Source: Octopus vulgaris
Lineage: Eukaryota
NCBI GenBank assembly: GCA_951406725.2
Contig: OX597836.1
Location: forward strand, 32,426,001-32,490,000
DNA: 64,000 nt
Direction: 5' to 3'
The notes under the pieces: model-generated
What the model was told of the DNA's origin: nothing
Databases searched by the model: none
What the model saw: the letters and a program-made list of their open reading frames with translations, nothing else
Position numbers and translations under genes: made by a program
In this document: positions 13,275-27,622 of the stretch, one piece after another
How positions within the stretch are numbered: the stretch's first letter is position 1
Layout: each line of letters starts with the position of its first letter

Positions 13275-13420
13275 CACTAGCGTAGCTAGAGTGTGTGCTA
13301 CCCAGATCGGCCCTTCAGTTTTCCACCTCTGGGTCCCACAAAAAAATACATAAAGCCTACAGCAGACCCAAAAGTGGTGCTGCCCTCAAAAAACTTCTGC
13401 CCTCTCTAGCTACGCTAGTG
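13275..13420. mobile_element. hAT-type MITE, 146 bp
   Basis: Perfect 17-bp TIR CACTAGCGTAGCTAGAG/CTCTAGCTACGCTAGTG and an 8-bp TSD TCTTGGGT/TCCTGGGT with one mismatch. Confidence 0.85.
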
Positions 13421-13797
13421 TCCTGGGTAAACATGCACACAATCACATTTACATATGGAATGCATATACATACACAAACAGAAATAGTAAGTAAACAATA
13501 AGAGGGTATATATGCATGTGTTGTATTGTGACATACACAGCCATGGTTGTAAGTTTATCTACATGGACACACACATATATACAATGTGCACATATGTGTG
13601 CATGCATCGACCAATTCTGGTAACCGCAAACCCCAAGAGCTGACTCGATTTATGCAAAAGAGATTTGCCACTTTGTTAGTGGCTGGCTTGGATTCTACAA
13701 AGGCAGTAAAAAAGCAATTAAAATAAGCCTCAAAGAAACATACATGCATGAATCCTGCCATACATACATATATACATACACACATTCATACATCCAT

Positions 13798-13862
<65 letters not shown>

Positions 13863-14292
13863 CTAAATACCAGTCTTGAGAAATTAGGCTTCTCAAAACC
13901 AGAAAGGAGAAAGCTGATTCAATGACTACAGATCCAATCCAACGCTGGAACTGTAAAGATCTGTTAAACTTCCCAGATGTTTGTCATTTAAGTATATATG
14001 AGCGTATCTAGACATGCAACTATATCCATGAGAATACATACATTAAACAAAATATACAAATCTACACATATACATACATAGATACAAAAATACCCTGTTG
14101 ATGTTATTGAAATGCCAATGAAGGAGTCTTGGAACTAGCTCAGAAATGGTCTCTTTCTCTACTGGCAAGAAATCTTGAAATAAAACAGAATAAGGACACG
14201 CATGCATACATACATACATACATACATACATACATACATACATGCATGCATGCATGCATGCATGCATGCATGCATACATATATACATACATG

Positions 14293-14334
<42 letters not shown>

Positions 14335-14344
14335 CTGAATTGAA

Positions 14345-14880
14345 ATGGAAAGACAGGAAAGGTACAGATTCAGTTAAAGAGGAAAAAGAGAAACTAAGAA
14401 AGAGAGACAGAGAGAGACAGTGAGAGTGAGTGAAGGAGAGACTGAGTGAGAAAGTAATAGAGAGAAACTGAGAAAGAGAGAGAGTGAAACAGATCGAGAC
14501 TGAGAAGAGAAATAGAGAGGGAGAGACTGAGGAAAAGAGAGAGAGAGAGACAGAGAGAAAGTAACAGAGAGAGAAAGACTAAGAAAGAGAGAGTTAGGGA
14601 GAGGGAGACACTGAGAAAATGAGAGTGAGAGAGACTGAGAGAGAAAGTAACAGAGAGACTGAAAAGAGAGAGACACTGAGAAAAAGAGAGATTGAGAGAG
14701 AGAGACTGAAAAAAGAGAGATATTGAGAAACGAGAAGAGAGACTGAGAGAGAAACAGAGAAACTGAGAGATTGAGAGAGAGGGTAAGAGAGAAAGACTGA
14801 GAAGGAGAGAGTGAGAGGGACAGACACTGACAAAGAGAAAGAGGGAGACACTGAGAAAAAGAAAGAGAGAGAGAGAGATG
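14345..14880. repeat. (GA)-rich low-complexity tract
   Basis: Degenerate GAGAGAGACT units. Confidence 0.9.
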
Positions 14881-15324
14881 GGATAAACAGCCATGATGTT
14901 CATAATGGATTAAATTTCAGAAAACAAAACATTATTTAGTGTTGTATGGCAGAAGAGGAGCAGAGAAGAGACAAAGGTTAGCACAAAAGGACATTGCAAA
15001 GTAAAAGAAGATACAAGATATTCAAATGAGATACAAAGATGGCAAATGAGGAGGTTCGGAGTGGTGGGGGTGGGGTGGTGGAGCTTATGTCTTACGTATA
15101 TATAAATGCTTAGATATCGATGGAGATGTATGGAGATGGATGGATGGATGGATAGAAAATGAACCCAAGTTGGCACAGGAACATATACTTACTGAATATA
15201 GAAAGAAAAACAAACATAAAGAAAGATACAGGCACACACACATATGTGTATGCTCACACATGCATATCAGTATGAACATACTCAAATACACATATGCATA
15301 TACATACATACATACATACACACA

Positions 15325-15412
<88 letters not shown>

Positions 15413-16206
15413 ATATACTAATGTATGATATATGTATGATATAATGATTTAATGTGTGTGTGTGTGTGTATTTATATATATATATATTTATACACAAATA
15501 TATATATATACTTATGTATGTATTTGTATATATTATATATCATATTATTAAATTATATTATATATATATAATATACATACATATATATATCTACACACAC
15601 ACATATATATATTATATACATATACAAAACAATACACTTAAATGCATATACACACATATTTAAGTATATACATACATATACACATACACACATACATAAG
15701 AACATATATATGCCTTTCTGTGCACAAAGGTGTTCATATACACGCACATTGTATACACAATAAGCATGCATATATATATATATATATAACACATCCATAT
15801 GCATAGACAACATATACATAAATGTATGCATATTTACACTCACATATGTAGATACGTAGGAAGATATTAAAATGAATGTATTTTCAATGCAATTAATAAT
15901 GATATTAAAAATATTAATGAAGAAAATAAAATAAAGTATGACATTTAAGATGAAACAGATGAAATAAATTAGAGTGAAAGATTACATAAGTTAAAATGAG
16001 AAATTAATTAGCTATATAGGGAAAACATAACATATATGAAATCATGTAAGCAAGTTAATCTGTTCCTATATACTTTTCCTTTTCAAATTTCTTCATCTTA
16101 TTATTATTCTTGCTTGTGTTATTATCTTTCAGTTTGTGAATAGTAAAACAATTTCTATGCCTTCCTTTATGATAATTAGAAGAGATAACTGCATCTAAAT
16201 GTTGGT

Positions 16207-16274
<68 letters not shown>

Positions 16275-17441
16275 TATTAATAATAATAATAATAAGAAGA
16301 AGAAGAAGAATAATAGTAATAATAATCATAATAATAATAATGATAATAATAATAATAATCTCATGCTTCATTTTGAGCAGAGAACTTGGATCAGCTTTTA
16401 TAATTTCCAGCGCTTCTGATATACATAAATGACAATCCTATTACTCTCCCTGGTATTACCTTGTGCATTTAGAATAGAATATTCCAAGCTATATTTTATG
16501 CACTCCTATTTCAAATTAAGAACGTATTTAGCAAGAGAAGTTGAATTTTTAAAGTTTTCTATTAAAAATGTGATGACAGTGCAAATCACATATATTTTTT
16601 CAAAAATTCACAGTAAATCCAATATAAAATTTAGAGAAACTAAAATTATGAGTTTTAATATTATATTTATAGACTATATTTTTATGCTGACAATATTCTT
16701 TTAATGGGTAATTTTATGCTACTCTACAATTACAAAGAAGATTATTAAAACTATTTAAGCTTATGTTTTAAGTCGAGTGAATTAGTGTTTGAATTAATAC
16801 CAGAAATCTTGTTTCTGTTTTTCATTTTAATTCTTGTTCTTTTTTATATTATTACTGCCATTATAATTGCAATTGTTATTATTAGAAATATTATTAAGGT
16901 TATTAATATTTGAGTTGGCAGAATCGATGGCATGCCAAACAAAATGCTTAGTTGCATTTTATCCGTCTCTACATTCTGAGTACAAATTTTGCTGACATCA
17001 ACTTTGCCACTTTGCTTTTCATCTTTTGGGTGTCAAGGAAATAGCTACCACTCGACCAATAGGTTAAACATATTCTCACAGAATATTGGAAATGAATGAC
17101 ACTGCTTGTATGACAGTGCCATTCGTTTACAACTATCATGCAATGTGAAGTGAAGGAGACACAAACACACACTCACTCATACACATGTGTACATACACAC
17201 ATGCACACACACACAAACACATGCACATATATATATATATTTGGTGACCCTGTCAATGTTGTTACAACTTAAAAATCACTGGTGCTGGTACCATGTAAAA
17301 AGCACTGAAACACTCTGTAAAGCAGTTGACATAAGGAAGGGTATCAAGCTGTAAAACCCATGATAAAATAGACAATGGAGCCTGGCATGGTTCCTGGCCT
17401 CTGCCAGCTTCTGTCAAACAGACATTAAAAGGTGATGATGA

Positions 17442-17480
<39 letters not shown>

Positions 17481-17481
<1 letters not shown>

Positions 17482-17883
17482 TTTTCTTTTATTCTTTTAC
17501 TTGTTTCAGTCATTTGACTGTGGCCATGCTGGAGCACCGCCTTTAGTCGAGCAAATCGACTCCAAGACTTATTCTTTGTAAGCCTACTTATTCTATCGGT
17601 TCCCTTTTGCCGAACCACTAAGTTACGAGGGCGTAAACACACCAGCATCAGTTGTCAAGTGATGTTGGGGGTGGGGGACAAACACAGATACACAAACATA
17701 TAAACACACATACATATATAGGATGGGCTTCTTTTAGTTTCCGTCTACCAAATCCGCTCACAAGACTTTGGTCAGCCTGAGGCCATAGAAGAAGACACTT
17801 GCCCAAGGTGCCATGCAGTGGGATTGAACCCGGAACAATGTGGTAGGTAAGCAAGCTGCTTACCACACAGCCATTCCTACACC
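17481..17883 (-). mobile_element. SINE family A copy
   Basis: Full-length reverse complement. Confidence 0.9.
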
Positions 17884-18109
17884 TATGTATATATATATGT
17901 CTCTATGTATGTATATATGTATGTATGTATTGATATATATGCATGTATATGATAAGCTTCTTTCAGTTTCTGTCTATAAGGCTTTTATTGGCCCAGGGCT
18001 GTTGTACAAGACATTTGCCCTAGGTGCAACGCAGTGGGCTTGAACTCAAAAACCATATGGTTGGTAAGCAAATTTCTTACCACACAGCCATACTTATGGC
18101 TATGCACAC

Positions 18110-18153
<44 letters not shown>

Positions 18154-18607
18154 TATGCAGATAGTTTGTTGCTAGGTATCTAAATATTAATGCTAACTTC
18201 AAACGTTCATCTTGTAGTTCATTTTCCAGTTTGTCTTTCTAATACCATTCTTGTTAACCACTCAAGGTTACACGAACCAGAGCAAGCTAATAATGGGTCG
18301 GCACCACCTGAAAGAAATTATGTCTGCCAATCACATGATGAATGTCTTTCTATTGATAACCTGAAGAGATACGAGTCCGTACACAATGGCAATTGTTAAC
18401 ATTCGGCATTGCTGCATTTAACTTACAATGGATATTCATATAATAGTCATAGTAAAAGCTACAAATCATCACCTAGGCTAAAAAGCCATCTTAGCTTTGA
18501 ACATTAAGAAGCAGTGCTCATCTTTATTATGAAGCTGACTCCTGTGATGTATTTAGATATAATTATATATATGTATATTTACATACATACATACATATAT
18601 ATGTATG

Positions 18608-18676
<69 letters not shown>

Positions 18677-19224
18677 ATGCAGTTATCACAGTAAGCTCTT
18701 CATTTGGAATTGGCTATCAGTCTACATTGTAATAAATCACAATATAATGTAATCTGTTCTTGTAACCAAATAATCCAGAAAATCTAAATGATAAATTTTT
18801 CAATGAGGATTAAATAAAACATAATATCAGGAGGTGTGAGAGGTGAAGATAGATATATTTTTCCACATGACTTTGATGTGGTTATAGCTGTTTTGTAACT
18901 TTTTTCATGTAGTATTAATGTACATATTTGCTGAGACACCCTTCAGGTGGTGGCGGCAGTGGTGAAGAATAAACATAGACACAAAGAGGCATACACATAA
19001 TTATACATATACATAATATATATGATGAGTGTCTTTCAGTTTCCATCTACAAAATCCACTCACAAGGCTTTGGTCAGCCCGAGGCTATAGTAGAAGGCAC
19101 TTACCCAAGGTGCCATGCAGTGGGACTGAACCCAGAACCATATGGTTGGTAAGCAAGCTACTTACCACACAGCCATGCCTATCCTATAAGAATTTCATAG
19201 CTTACTACATGAATAATAAACCTA

Positions 19225-19445
19225 TATGAGGAGATTCTGTAAAGTTCCTTGCTTTAAGGGTATCATGAAAGGCTTGATTGAAGGCCCAACACTCAAAGTT
19301 CTTTTATAGTTCTTAGAAAAACTAAAGGACCACTGCAATAAGGGTGTGACTCTGAGAGGGGAATGTGTTGAGTAAAATCATAATTCACTGATCCTCCTGT
19401 ATTTTCTTTTACCCAAAGCCTGGGACATTTCAGCAGTCCCTTGTA
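19225..19445 (+). mobile_element. Internally deleted mariner MITE (~220 bp), copy 1
   Basis: Degenerate TIRs of the TA-CGAGGG..GAAAAGTTCCTGG type enclose a transposase C-terminal remnant (LEKL..LRGE.VE*). Confidence 0.7.
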
Positions 19446-19450
19446 TGTGT

Positions 19451-19507
<57 letters not shown>

Positions 19508-19530
19508 GTGTGTTTGTGTGTGTATACATA

Positions 19531-19752
19531 CACAAGAGGATGTTGAAAAGTTCCTGGTTTTAAAGGTATTGAGGAAAGCCTGGTTGGAGGCCCAACCGTC
19601 CAAGTTCTTTCATAGGGCTTAGAAAAACTGAATGACTGCTGTCATAACTGTGTGAATCTGTGAGGGGAATATATTGGATAGCATCATGATTAACTGATCT
19701 TCCTGTATTTTCTTCTACCCAAGGCCAGGAACTCTTGAGCACTTCCTTGTAC
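19531..19752 (+). mobile_element. Mariner MITE, copy 2, tandem to copy 1 across a (GT)n tract
   Basis: Colinear with 19225-19445 and 43773-43993. Confidence 0.7.
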
Positions 19753-19839
19753 AATCCATCTAATATTGTGATACAGCAGATAGATTGACAAATTCAAAAA
19801 TACGGAAAATATCTAAGAACCCATTACTTAGAAAAGAAT

Positions 19840-20490
19840 CATGTTAGATATATGGTTGAAGAAATTTCTGTCAAATACTCATCGAACAAAAGGGTTATAT
19901 CCATCATGTGTTGAAAAGCTTAATAAAAAGGTTAATCAACAGATATGGAATACACAAAGAGAGAAAGTGTACTTGTGATAGGAAAATAAATGGAATTGTT
20001 TCGGATGATTTCAGATGCATTTCAATATACTGGGTTTGTCGGAAATAAGAAGTATGTAAGGATTTCTTCACCAGTGATTAATGGATGCAGTGAGAAGAAA
20101 AATATAACTGAGAGTGATGGATGGTGAGATCATACAATCAATAAATAATAGGCAAGAAAGTAGTAGAATTCAGGAATTGGTAAACATTGTTAAACCAGAT
20201 TACTGGATCATTGATGAAATTGTTGTACCCTGAAAAGTAGCAAAAGAATGATAAGATGAATTCTATAAGCAATTTCATCATAGGATCTATAAAAATGACT
20301 TCTTGGATTATGTTGAAAATGTTACATAATAAGTTCTTAGCAACAAAAAGAAAATAATATCATTGATGCCATTGCTCAAAGACCTGCTGCAGATGGAGAA
20401 ACAGGATTTTCCATGATGAACATTATATATTCTGATAAAAGAAATCCCCTTGAAGTATAAGAATTTGGCAAATCTTATGGTGATTAATTT
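19840..20490 (+). mobile_element. Highly decayed LINE AP-endonuclease region (RTE-like)
   Basis: Broken frames contain QIWNTQ, ILGLSEIR, FFTSD and DEFYKQ in the order expected for APE motifs (WNV, LGLSETRW, FY..L). Confidence 0.45.
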
Positions 20491-20716
20491 TTATCAACTT
20501 TCCATTAAAGTTATGCGATTGCATGGATTTTATTACAAATGTGGCATAAGGAAATATAATAAGATAAAGTAAAAGATAGAATCAATGAAAAAATATGATG
20601 AAAATCAAGATTCAGTTTGGAAATATTTGAAGTGTGATGATAAATAAAAGTATCATATGATATAAAAATCAATGTTGCTTGCTTTGTTTCTCTGTGTGGA
20701 CATGTATGTTTGTGCA

Positions 20717-20724
<8 letters not shown>

Positions 20725-20788
<64 letters not shown>

Positions 20789-20950
20789 TGTATGTATGTA
20801 TGTATGTATGTATGTATGTATGTATGTATGTATGTATGTATGTATGTATGTATGTATGTATGTATGTATGTATGTATGTATGTATGTATGTATGTATGTA
20901 TGTATGTATGTATGTATGTATGTATGTATGCATGCATGCATGCATGCATG
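20725..20950. repeat. (TA)n(TATG)n(CATG)n microsatellite
   Basis: Directly visible; similar tracts at 5650-5780 and 21805-22120. Confidence 0.95.
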
Positions 20951-21567
20951 TATGCACACACAAACATACATGCACACAGAAAAACAAAACAAGCAACACT
21001 CACACACACACACACACATATATATATATACATATATATATATACATGAATATATATGTATGTGTGTTTGTATACACATATATGTACATTTATATATGTG
21101 TATGTGCAAGCATATATGTATATGTGTATATATATATATATATCCCAGGTATGACTTCAAAGTGCATCCTGTAATGGGGCTCTGGTATGGGAGTTCCAGG
21201 GTTTCAAGGAATGTGGAATCACCTCTTGGCCATTATTGTTCCCAGATCTTTTCTGACCCAGAGTAGTAGCACCTGTTAAGATCTCAGCTCTGGGTTAATT
21301 AACATGTGAACCACTCACTCGCAGTAGCTCACATGCTAAGTAGTTCTTGTTAGAACTTCTTTCGAGGAGAAGGCAACCTTGTACTAAAAGAACCTAAAGT
21401 GAAGTTGGTTTTTGCTCATCTAAACCTCTGGTTTTATAGCTGATTGCACTGTAAAAGGGTTCAGTGCTGTACCACATTTCAGCTGCTTGAACTCTCAGAA
21501 CATTTGCACAAACTTACTGAATTTAAAACTTGGTCTCTCTCAGCCACAAATCAACTTTCACTATATA

Positions 21568-21601
<34 letters not shown>

Positions 21602-21805
21602 GTCTATTTTGTCCCTCTGTCTTATATCATGGTGCGATATGAACATTTAAAGTGGATTTGACTGCTATTTCGGCATGGTGGTGTCTCTCAGACACCCTTA
21701 TTTTTAGTTGTAAAAAATTATTACCTTTGTATAGTATTTATTCCCATGCTGACCACTTGATAATACCGATATTTAAATATCGATATTATCCTTATTTATA
21801 AATTA

Positions 21806-21878
<73 letters not shown>

Positions 21879-22028
21879 TGTATGTATGTATGTATGTATG
21901 TATGTATGTATGTATGTATGTATGTATGTATGTATGTATGTATGTATGTATGTATGTATGTATGTATGTATGTATGTATGTATGTATGTATGTATGTATG
22001 TATGTATGTATGTATGTATGTATGTGTG

Positions 22029-22110
<82 letters not shown>

Positions 22111-22402
22111 TATATAAATATGATCATCATCATCAACATTTAATGTCTGTTATCCATGCTGGCATGGATTGGGTAGCTTGACAGAAGCTGACAGAAGCTG
22201 ACAAGGCCAGGGACCACACCATGTTCCATAGTCTGTTTCGGGTTGGTTTCTATGGCTGGATGCCTTTCTTAATGCCAACTACTTCACAGAGTGTACTGGG
22301 TGCTTTTTATGTGGGCCCCCATCACCAGTGCTTTTAACATGGTAACTTAGGTTTAGGGCATCAATTCTATTGTGGTGGGTCTTATGGAGCACAACACTGA
22401 CT

Positions 22403-22433
<31 letters not shown>

Positions 22434-22434
22434 T

Positions 22435-22470
<36 letters not shown>

Positions 22471-23214
22471 GTACTCATGAAGGGAGTGGATTAGTATTTT
22501 TACTAGTCACCCTCAAAGAATGAGGAAGCAAAACCAGTTAGCCAAAATTATTAACCCAATCATCTTCTGATATAACCAGATATAGCATCATCATCATCAC
22601 CACCACCACCACCACCACCACCATCCTCATCGTTGCCGTCATTGTCGTCATCATCAACATCAACACACTACCACCACCACCATCACCAACATGACTGCCA
22701 CAACATTAACTAAGATGTCAAACAATAATGAATAGCATGATGAATTGTTTAGCAAACCGAATCTTCTTGCTACATTGAACATTCCAGCTAAACACAGCAA
22801 CATACAACATAGTTTCTATATATCTGTGTTGTTTACCTGTGTTGTTTATCTACCTACTTACTTATCTCCTGTAACATCTTATCGCACAATGGAGGAGGAT
22901 TCTTCTTGTTCTTTGTTACAGTATATTCCATTGTGAAAACAAACATCTATGTAGGCTTGTGTGCCAGTGTGGATGTCTATGTGTGTGAGTGCATGATTGA
23001 ATGTATTGATATATATAAATCTATATGTGTGTATATATATGTATGTGTATATATATGTGTGTGTGCATGTATGTACATGTGTATATATATATATATGTTT
23101 GTATGTATACATATATATAGACAGATAGATACACATATATAAAGATGTCTAAATCTCCTTTTTCTCTCTTTCTTGATATTTATGCATATATGTGCATATA
23201 TTTATCTATATCAA

Positions 23215-23216
23215 TC

Positions 23217-23299
<83 letters not shown>

Positions 23300-23310
23300 T
23301 TATATATATT

Positions 23311-23368
<58 letters not shown>

Positions 23369-23562
23369 TATATACATACATATATATACATATAGATGTA
23401 TATATATATATATAAATATATAAATATATATATATAAATATATATACATACATATATATACATATAGATGTATATATATATGTATATATATATATATACA
23501 TATATATGTATATATATGTATGTATATATATTTATATATATATATGTACGTATATACATACA

Positions 23563-23595
<33 letters not shown>

Positions 23596-23640
23596 ATATA
23601 TATATATCTGTAATATGCAAATACATATACATACATACAT

Positions 23641-23680
<40 letters not shown>
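23215..23680. repeat. Long compound (TA)n tract
   Basis: Directly visible. Confidence 0.95.
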
Positions 23681-23681
<1 letters not shown>

Positions 23682-24170
23682 GGATTCCATAGACCTGTCA
23701 GGTCATTATACATATATATGTGTATAGATATATATATACATATACACACACACATACGCACATATATACATCTATAAACACACACATATATATTTATAAA
23801 CACACACACATATATATTTATGCTCGCGCACACACACATACGTGCAAGAGTGCATCACTTGATAAAAAGACAATTTAAAGAAAGAAAACCAGTAAGAATT
23901 ATTGATGTAGATATCCAATCAATAGCTTTGTAGTTTCTTTATAATTATATATATCTTCTTTGTTTCACTGTGTTTGTCAGGTTTAAAAATAATATAAAAT
24001 AAAATATAAATCAATAACGAAAAAAAACAATAAAGATAAAAATTATACAACATGAATAACAACCAAAGAAAAACACACAAAACTCTGATCTATTTGTGAT
24101 AAGTATTCTTGTTACTTTTAGCTATGGCAGAACAATGCTTGCTTAGAAATGATTACCATTATTGGTAAAG

Positions 24171-24400
24171 AAGGCAGCAAGCTGGCAGAATCGTTAGCAC
24201 ACTGGGCAAATTGCTTGGTAGCATTTCTTCTGCTTTTACACTCTGAGTTCAAATTCTGCTGTGGTTAGCTTTGCCTTTCATCCCTTCAGGGTCAATAAAT
24301 TAAGTACCAGTGAAACACTGGGGTCGATGTAAATGACTTGACCCCTCCCCAAAATTTCAGGCCTTGTGCTTTTTGGTTTTAGTAGAAAGGATTATTATTA

Positions 24401-24435
<35 letters not shown>

Positions 24436-25865
24436 GAGTGAGAGAGCAGTGCATGCCATCAAAGTGACACTGGAGTACAAATATACAAAGTCCAGTATAT
24501 CCATCATGACTACCTGTCTGATAAGGGTACACTAGGCTTCATGCATCACAACCATATGTGCGCGACATGGTGATCTCATATCAAGATTAACAGTGCATGA
24601 CCTTGCAGGTGGGGCCCAGTTAGAATTTTCTTCAGGTTGAGTAGTCCATCCCTCTCAAAGGTTCCTGAACAAGGGTTGTTTAAGGACATTGAAAAAAACA
24701 CCATCTTTCCAAAGGTGAATTATCCAAACCCCAAAGAATTCCTCTCACTACTTCTGCTTGTGATCAAAGATGCATATATCATCAGCCTCTAAGGGACATG
24801 TTCAACTAGTTAAGCAACTGACAAGCAAATCTGTGGTATTGAGCAGAATATTTGCTGTAGCCCATCTTTTATACCAAGACAAAACACTGTACATGATATA
24901 TTATTATTATTGTTATCAATATTATCATTATTATCATTATTATTATCATTATTATTATTATTATCATTATTATTATTATCACATTGGGTGAAATGCTTAG
25001 TGGTATTTCGTCTGCCATTACTTTTTGAGTTCAAATTCTGCCAGAGTTGACTTTGCCTTTCATTCCTTTCAGAGTCAATAAAATTAGTACCAGTTATGCA
25101 CTGGGTCATTGTAATTGACTTAATCCTTTCCCTCAAATTTGAATCCTTGTGCTTCCAGTAGAAAGGCTTAATATTATTATTATTAAGTTGGCAAGCTGGC
25201 AGAATCATTAGTGTGCTGGGCAAAATGCTTAGCGGTATTTCACCCATCCATACATTCTGAGTTCAAATTCCACCAAGGTCGACTTTGCCTTTCATCCTTT
25301 CAGGGTCAATAAATTAAGTACCAGTCAAGTACTGGGGTCGATGTGATCAACCATGCCCTTCCCTCAAATTCCAGGCCTTGTGCATATAATAGAATGAATT
25401 ATTATTATTATATAAGATGGCAAGCTGGCAGAACACACCAAGTGAAATTCTTTACATTCTGAGTTCAAATTCCACCAAGGTTGACTTTGCCTTTCATTCT
25501 TTCAGGGTCGATAAATTAAGTACCAGTGAGACATTGGGGTTGATGCAATCGACTAGTCCCCTCCCCCAAAATTTAAGGCTTTCTGTCTTTAGGAGAAAGG
25601 ATTATTATCATTACCATCATCATCCTCATCATCATCTTCATCAACAACAGGGTCAGCGAGCTTGCAGAATTGTTAGCATGTTGGGCAAAATGCTTAGTAG
25701 CATTTCGTCCATCTTTACATTTTGAGTTCAAATCCCGCCGAGGTGAACTCTACTATTCATCCTTTCAGGGTCAATGAAACAAGTACCAGTTGCACTCTGC
25801 AGTCAATGTAATCAACTAACATCCACCCCTTAAAATTCCAGGCCTTGTGCCTATAACAGAAAGGA
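24171..25865 (+). mobile_element. Cluster of five head-to-tail family B SINEs separated by (TTA)n/(CAT)n
   Basis: The GAGTTCAAAT..CTTTGCCTTTCAT..AAGTACCAG module recurs near 24245, 25026, 25259, 25461 and 25724. Confidence 0.85.
24437..24898. mobile_element. Unclassified ~460-bp insertion in a (TTA)n tract
   Basis: Complex, more GC-rich sequence bounded on both sides by (TTA)n; no ORF. Confidence 0.45.
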
Positions 25866-26497
25866 TTATTATTATTACTATTATCATTATTATTATTATT
25901 ATTATCAACATTATAATTATCATCCTTATTATGTGTTAGCATTTGTTTTGGCAGGTATTTTGATACCAGTGAGGGTTAAATCAATATTGTTTATCTCTAA
26001 TTGTCTGCAGAAAGAGATAAGAATAGGGTTATCCTTGCAGGAGTTCCAATAATTACAGCACGCTTTTGTCTTCTTATTCCTGGATACTTATTTTCATTTT
26101 TACTAAATCTATTTGAAGATTTATTCCTTAATTACAAACCAGGATTTTATGGAGAATTTTCAACATTTTTACTGTCTTTTCCCTTGTTTCTTTTATCTCT
26201 TTAATGACAACATTTCTCAGAAGATAAAATAAAATATAGGTTTTTACGTCTTTTTAATCTTTTCTATAAAAGTAAAAATAATTATTTCATGGTTTTTTAA
26301 AAGGGTAAATAAATGTTTAGAGTTTTCATTTGAAGGTCTAAGTTCTTCAAGTAATTCTGATGACATTTAAGAAAAAGAAAAAAAGAAAAAAGGATGAAAT
26401 GTATATTTGTTTTATTACTTTTTATTTAGAGCTATTTGTTATTCAGGGTGATTATTTATTCATACATACATATATACATACGTGTATGTATATGTAA

Positions 26498-26561
<64 letters not shown>

Positions 26562-26874
26562 ATGTATGTATGTATATAGATATAGATATATGTGTGTATG
26601 CATGTATATAAATATATATGTGTATGTAGGTATGTGTATATATATATATATATACATATAGATATACATATAAAAACAGATTATTGGTACAACAAGGCAC
26701 CAATATTTACTGGAAAATAACAATCGATACAAATACATTATTGTAAAGCTTTACTGCATATATACTGGCAAAGACGTGTGTGTGTGCAACAAACATGAAA
26801 AATTTGTCTTACCTCTAGGAAGAACATTCGAAAGATTTGTCTTACCTTTAAGAAGAACATGGACAACCCAGAAT

Positions 26875-26990
26875 TGGACATTCCTCTGTTTCCTGTTTCT
26901 CAAGAAGATCTTTGCTCAAAACATACATCACCCTTTCTTTCCTTCCCTGAGTGTCTTATTAATACTTTGCATGTACATGTACCATGAAAT
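26875..26990 (+). mobile_element. Older, degenerate copy of the same hammerhead-bearing element
   Basis: GTTTCTCAAGAAGATCTTTGCTCAAAACATA...CTTTCTTTCCTTCCCTGAG aligns to 11409-11470. Confidence 0.55.
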
Positions 26991-27039
26991 AGTTTCCCTA
27001 CAAAAGTGTCAAGTGCCGAAGAGAGTGGGTGGGGAAAGG

Positions 27040-27622
27040 AGAAACACCTGTATTCCAGGCTAAAGAAGGTCTTCACCCACTTAAGGTGTTGTTATCTGTT
27101 TGGTGCAATATGAAAGGTTTAGTCCACTTTGAACTTTTAAACCCAAACCAAACAATAACAAAGGAGATCCACTGTGGCAGCTTGAGTGGCTTAAGTCAGC
27201 ACTAGAAGGAAAACAACCTTTGGTTTCAAGACGAAAGGTGTTCTACCATCAGAATAATGCTCAGCCACATTCTGTGAGGATGACATTCCAAAGGCTGGAG
27301 CACTTTGAATGGGAAACAATGCCCACCCACATATTCGCCAGACATTACCACATCTGAGTATCATTTATTCTGCAGTCTTCAAAATCATTTGGACAGAAAA
27401 AATATGAATTCTGTAGACGAGGTCAGAACAGTACTGGAGGAGTACTTTTCATCACAGACAAGTGAATTTTGGAAGAGGGGCCTTGCAAGTCTACCAGATA
27501 GATGGAAGAGCATTGTAGAAAATGAAGGAGAGTATATTTTACATTAAAAAAGAATTGTGTTTATCTTAATTTTGAAAAATAGAAGTGTAAAAAGACTGCA
27601 TTATATATGAGATGACCCAATA
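27040..27622 (+). mobile_element. Mariner transposon, 3' half, frameshifted transposase with right TIR
   Basis: Broken frames give GLHPLKVLLSVW..KGLVHFELL, YHQNNAQPH and YSPDITTSEYHLFCSLQNHL...WKSIVENEGEY, matching the HDNARPH and YSPDLAPSD motifs. Ends in GCATTATATATGAGATGACCCAA followed by TA. Confidence 0.9.

Noticed and set aside
18190-18399. ORF ending in a zinc-finger-like YVCQSHDECLSIDNLKRYESVH
   Set aside because: The metal ligands are incomplete and there is no donor site. It may be a decayed LINE C-terminus, but this is not supportable.
20205-20235. WIIDEIVVP as a piggyBac catalytic or Walker B motif
   Set aside because: The motif is isolated, and the surrounding motifs fit a decayed LINE AP-endonuclease better.
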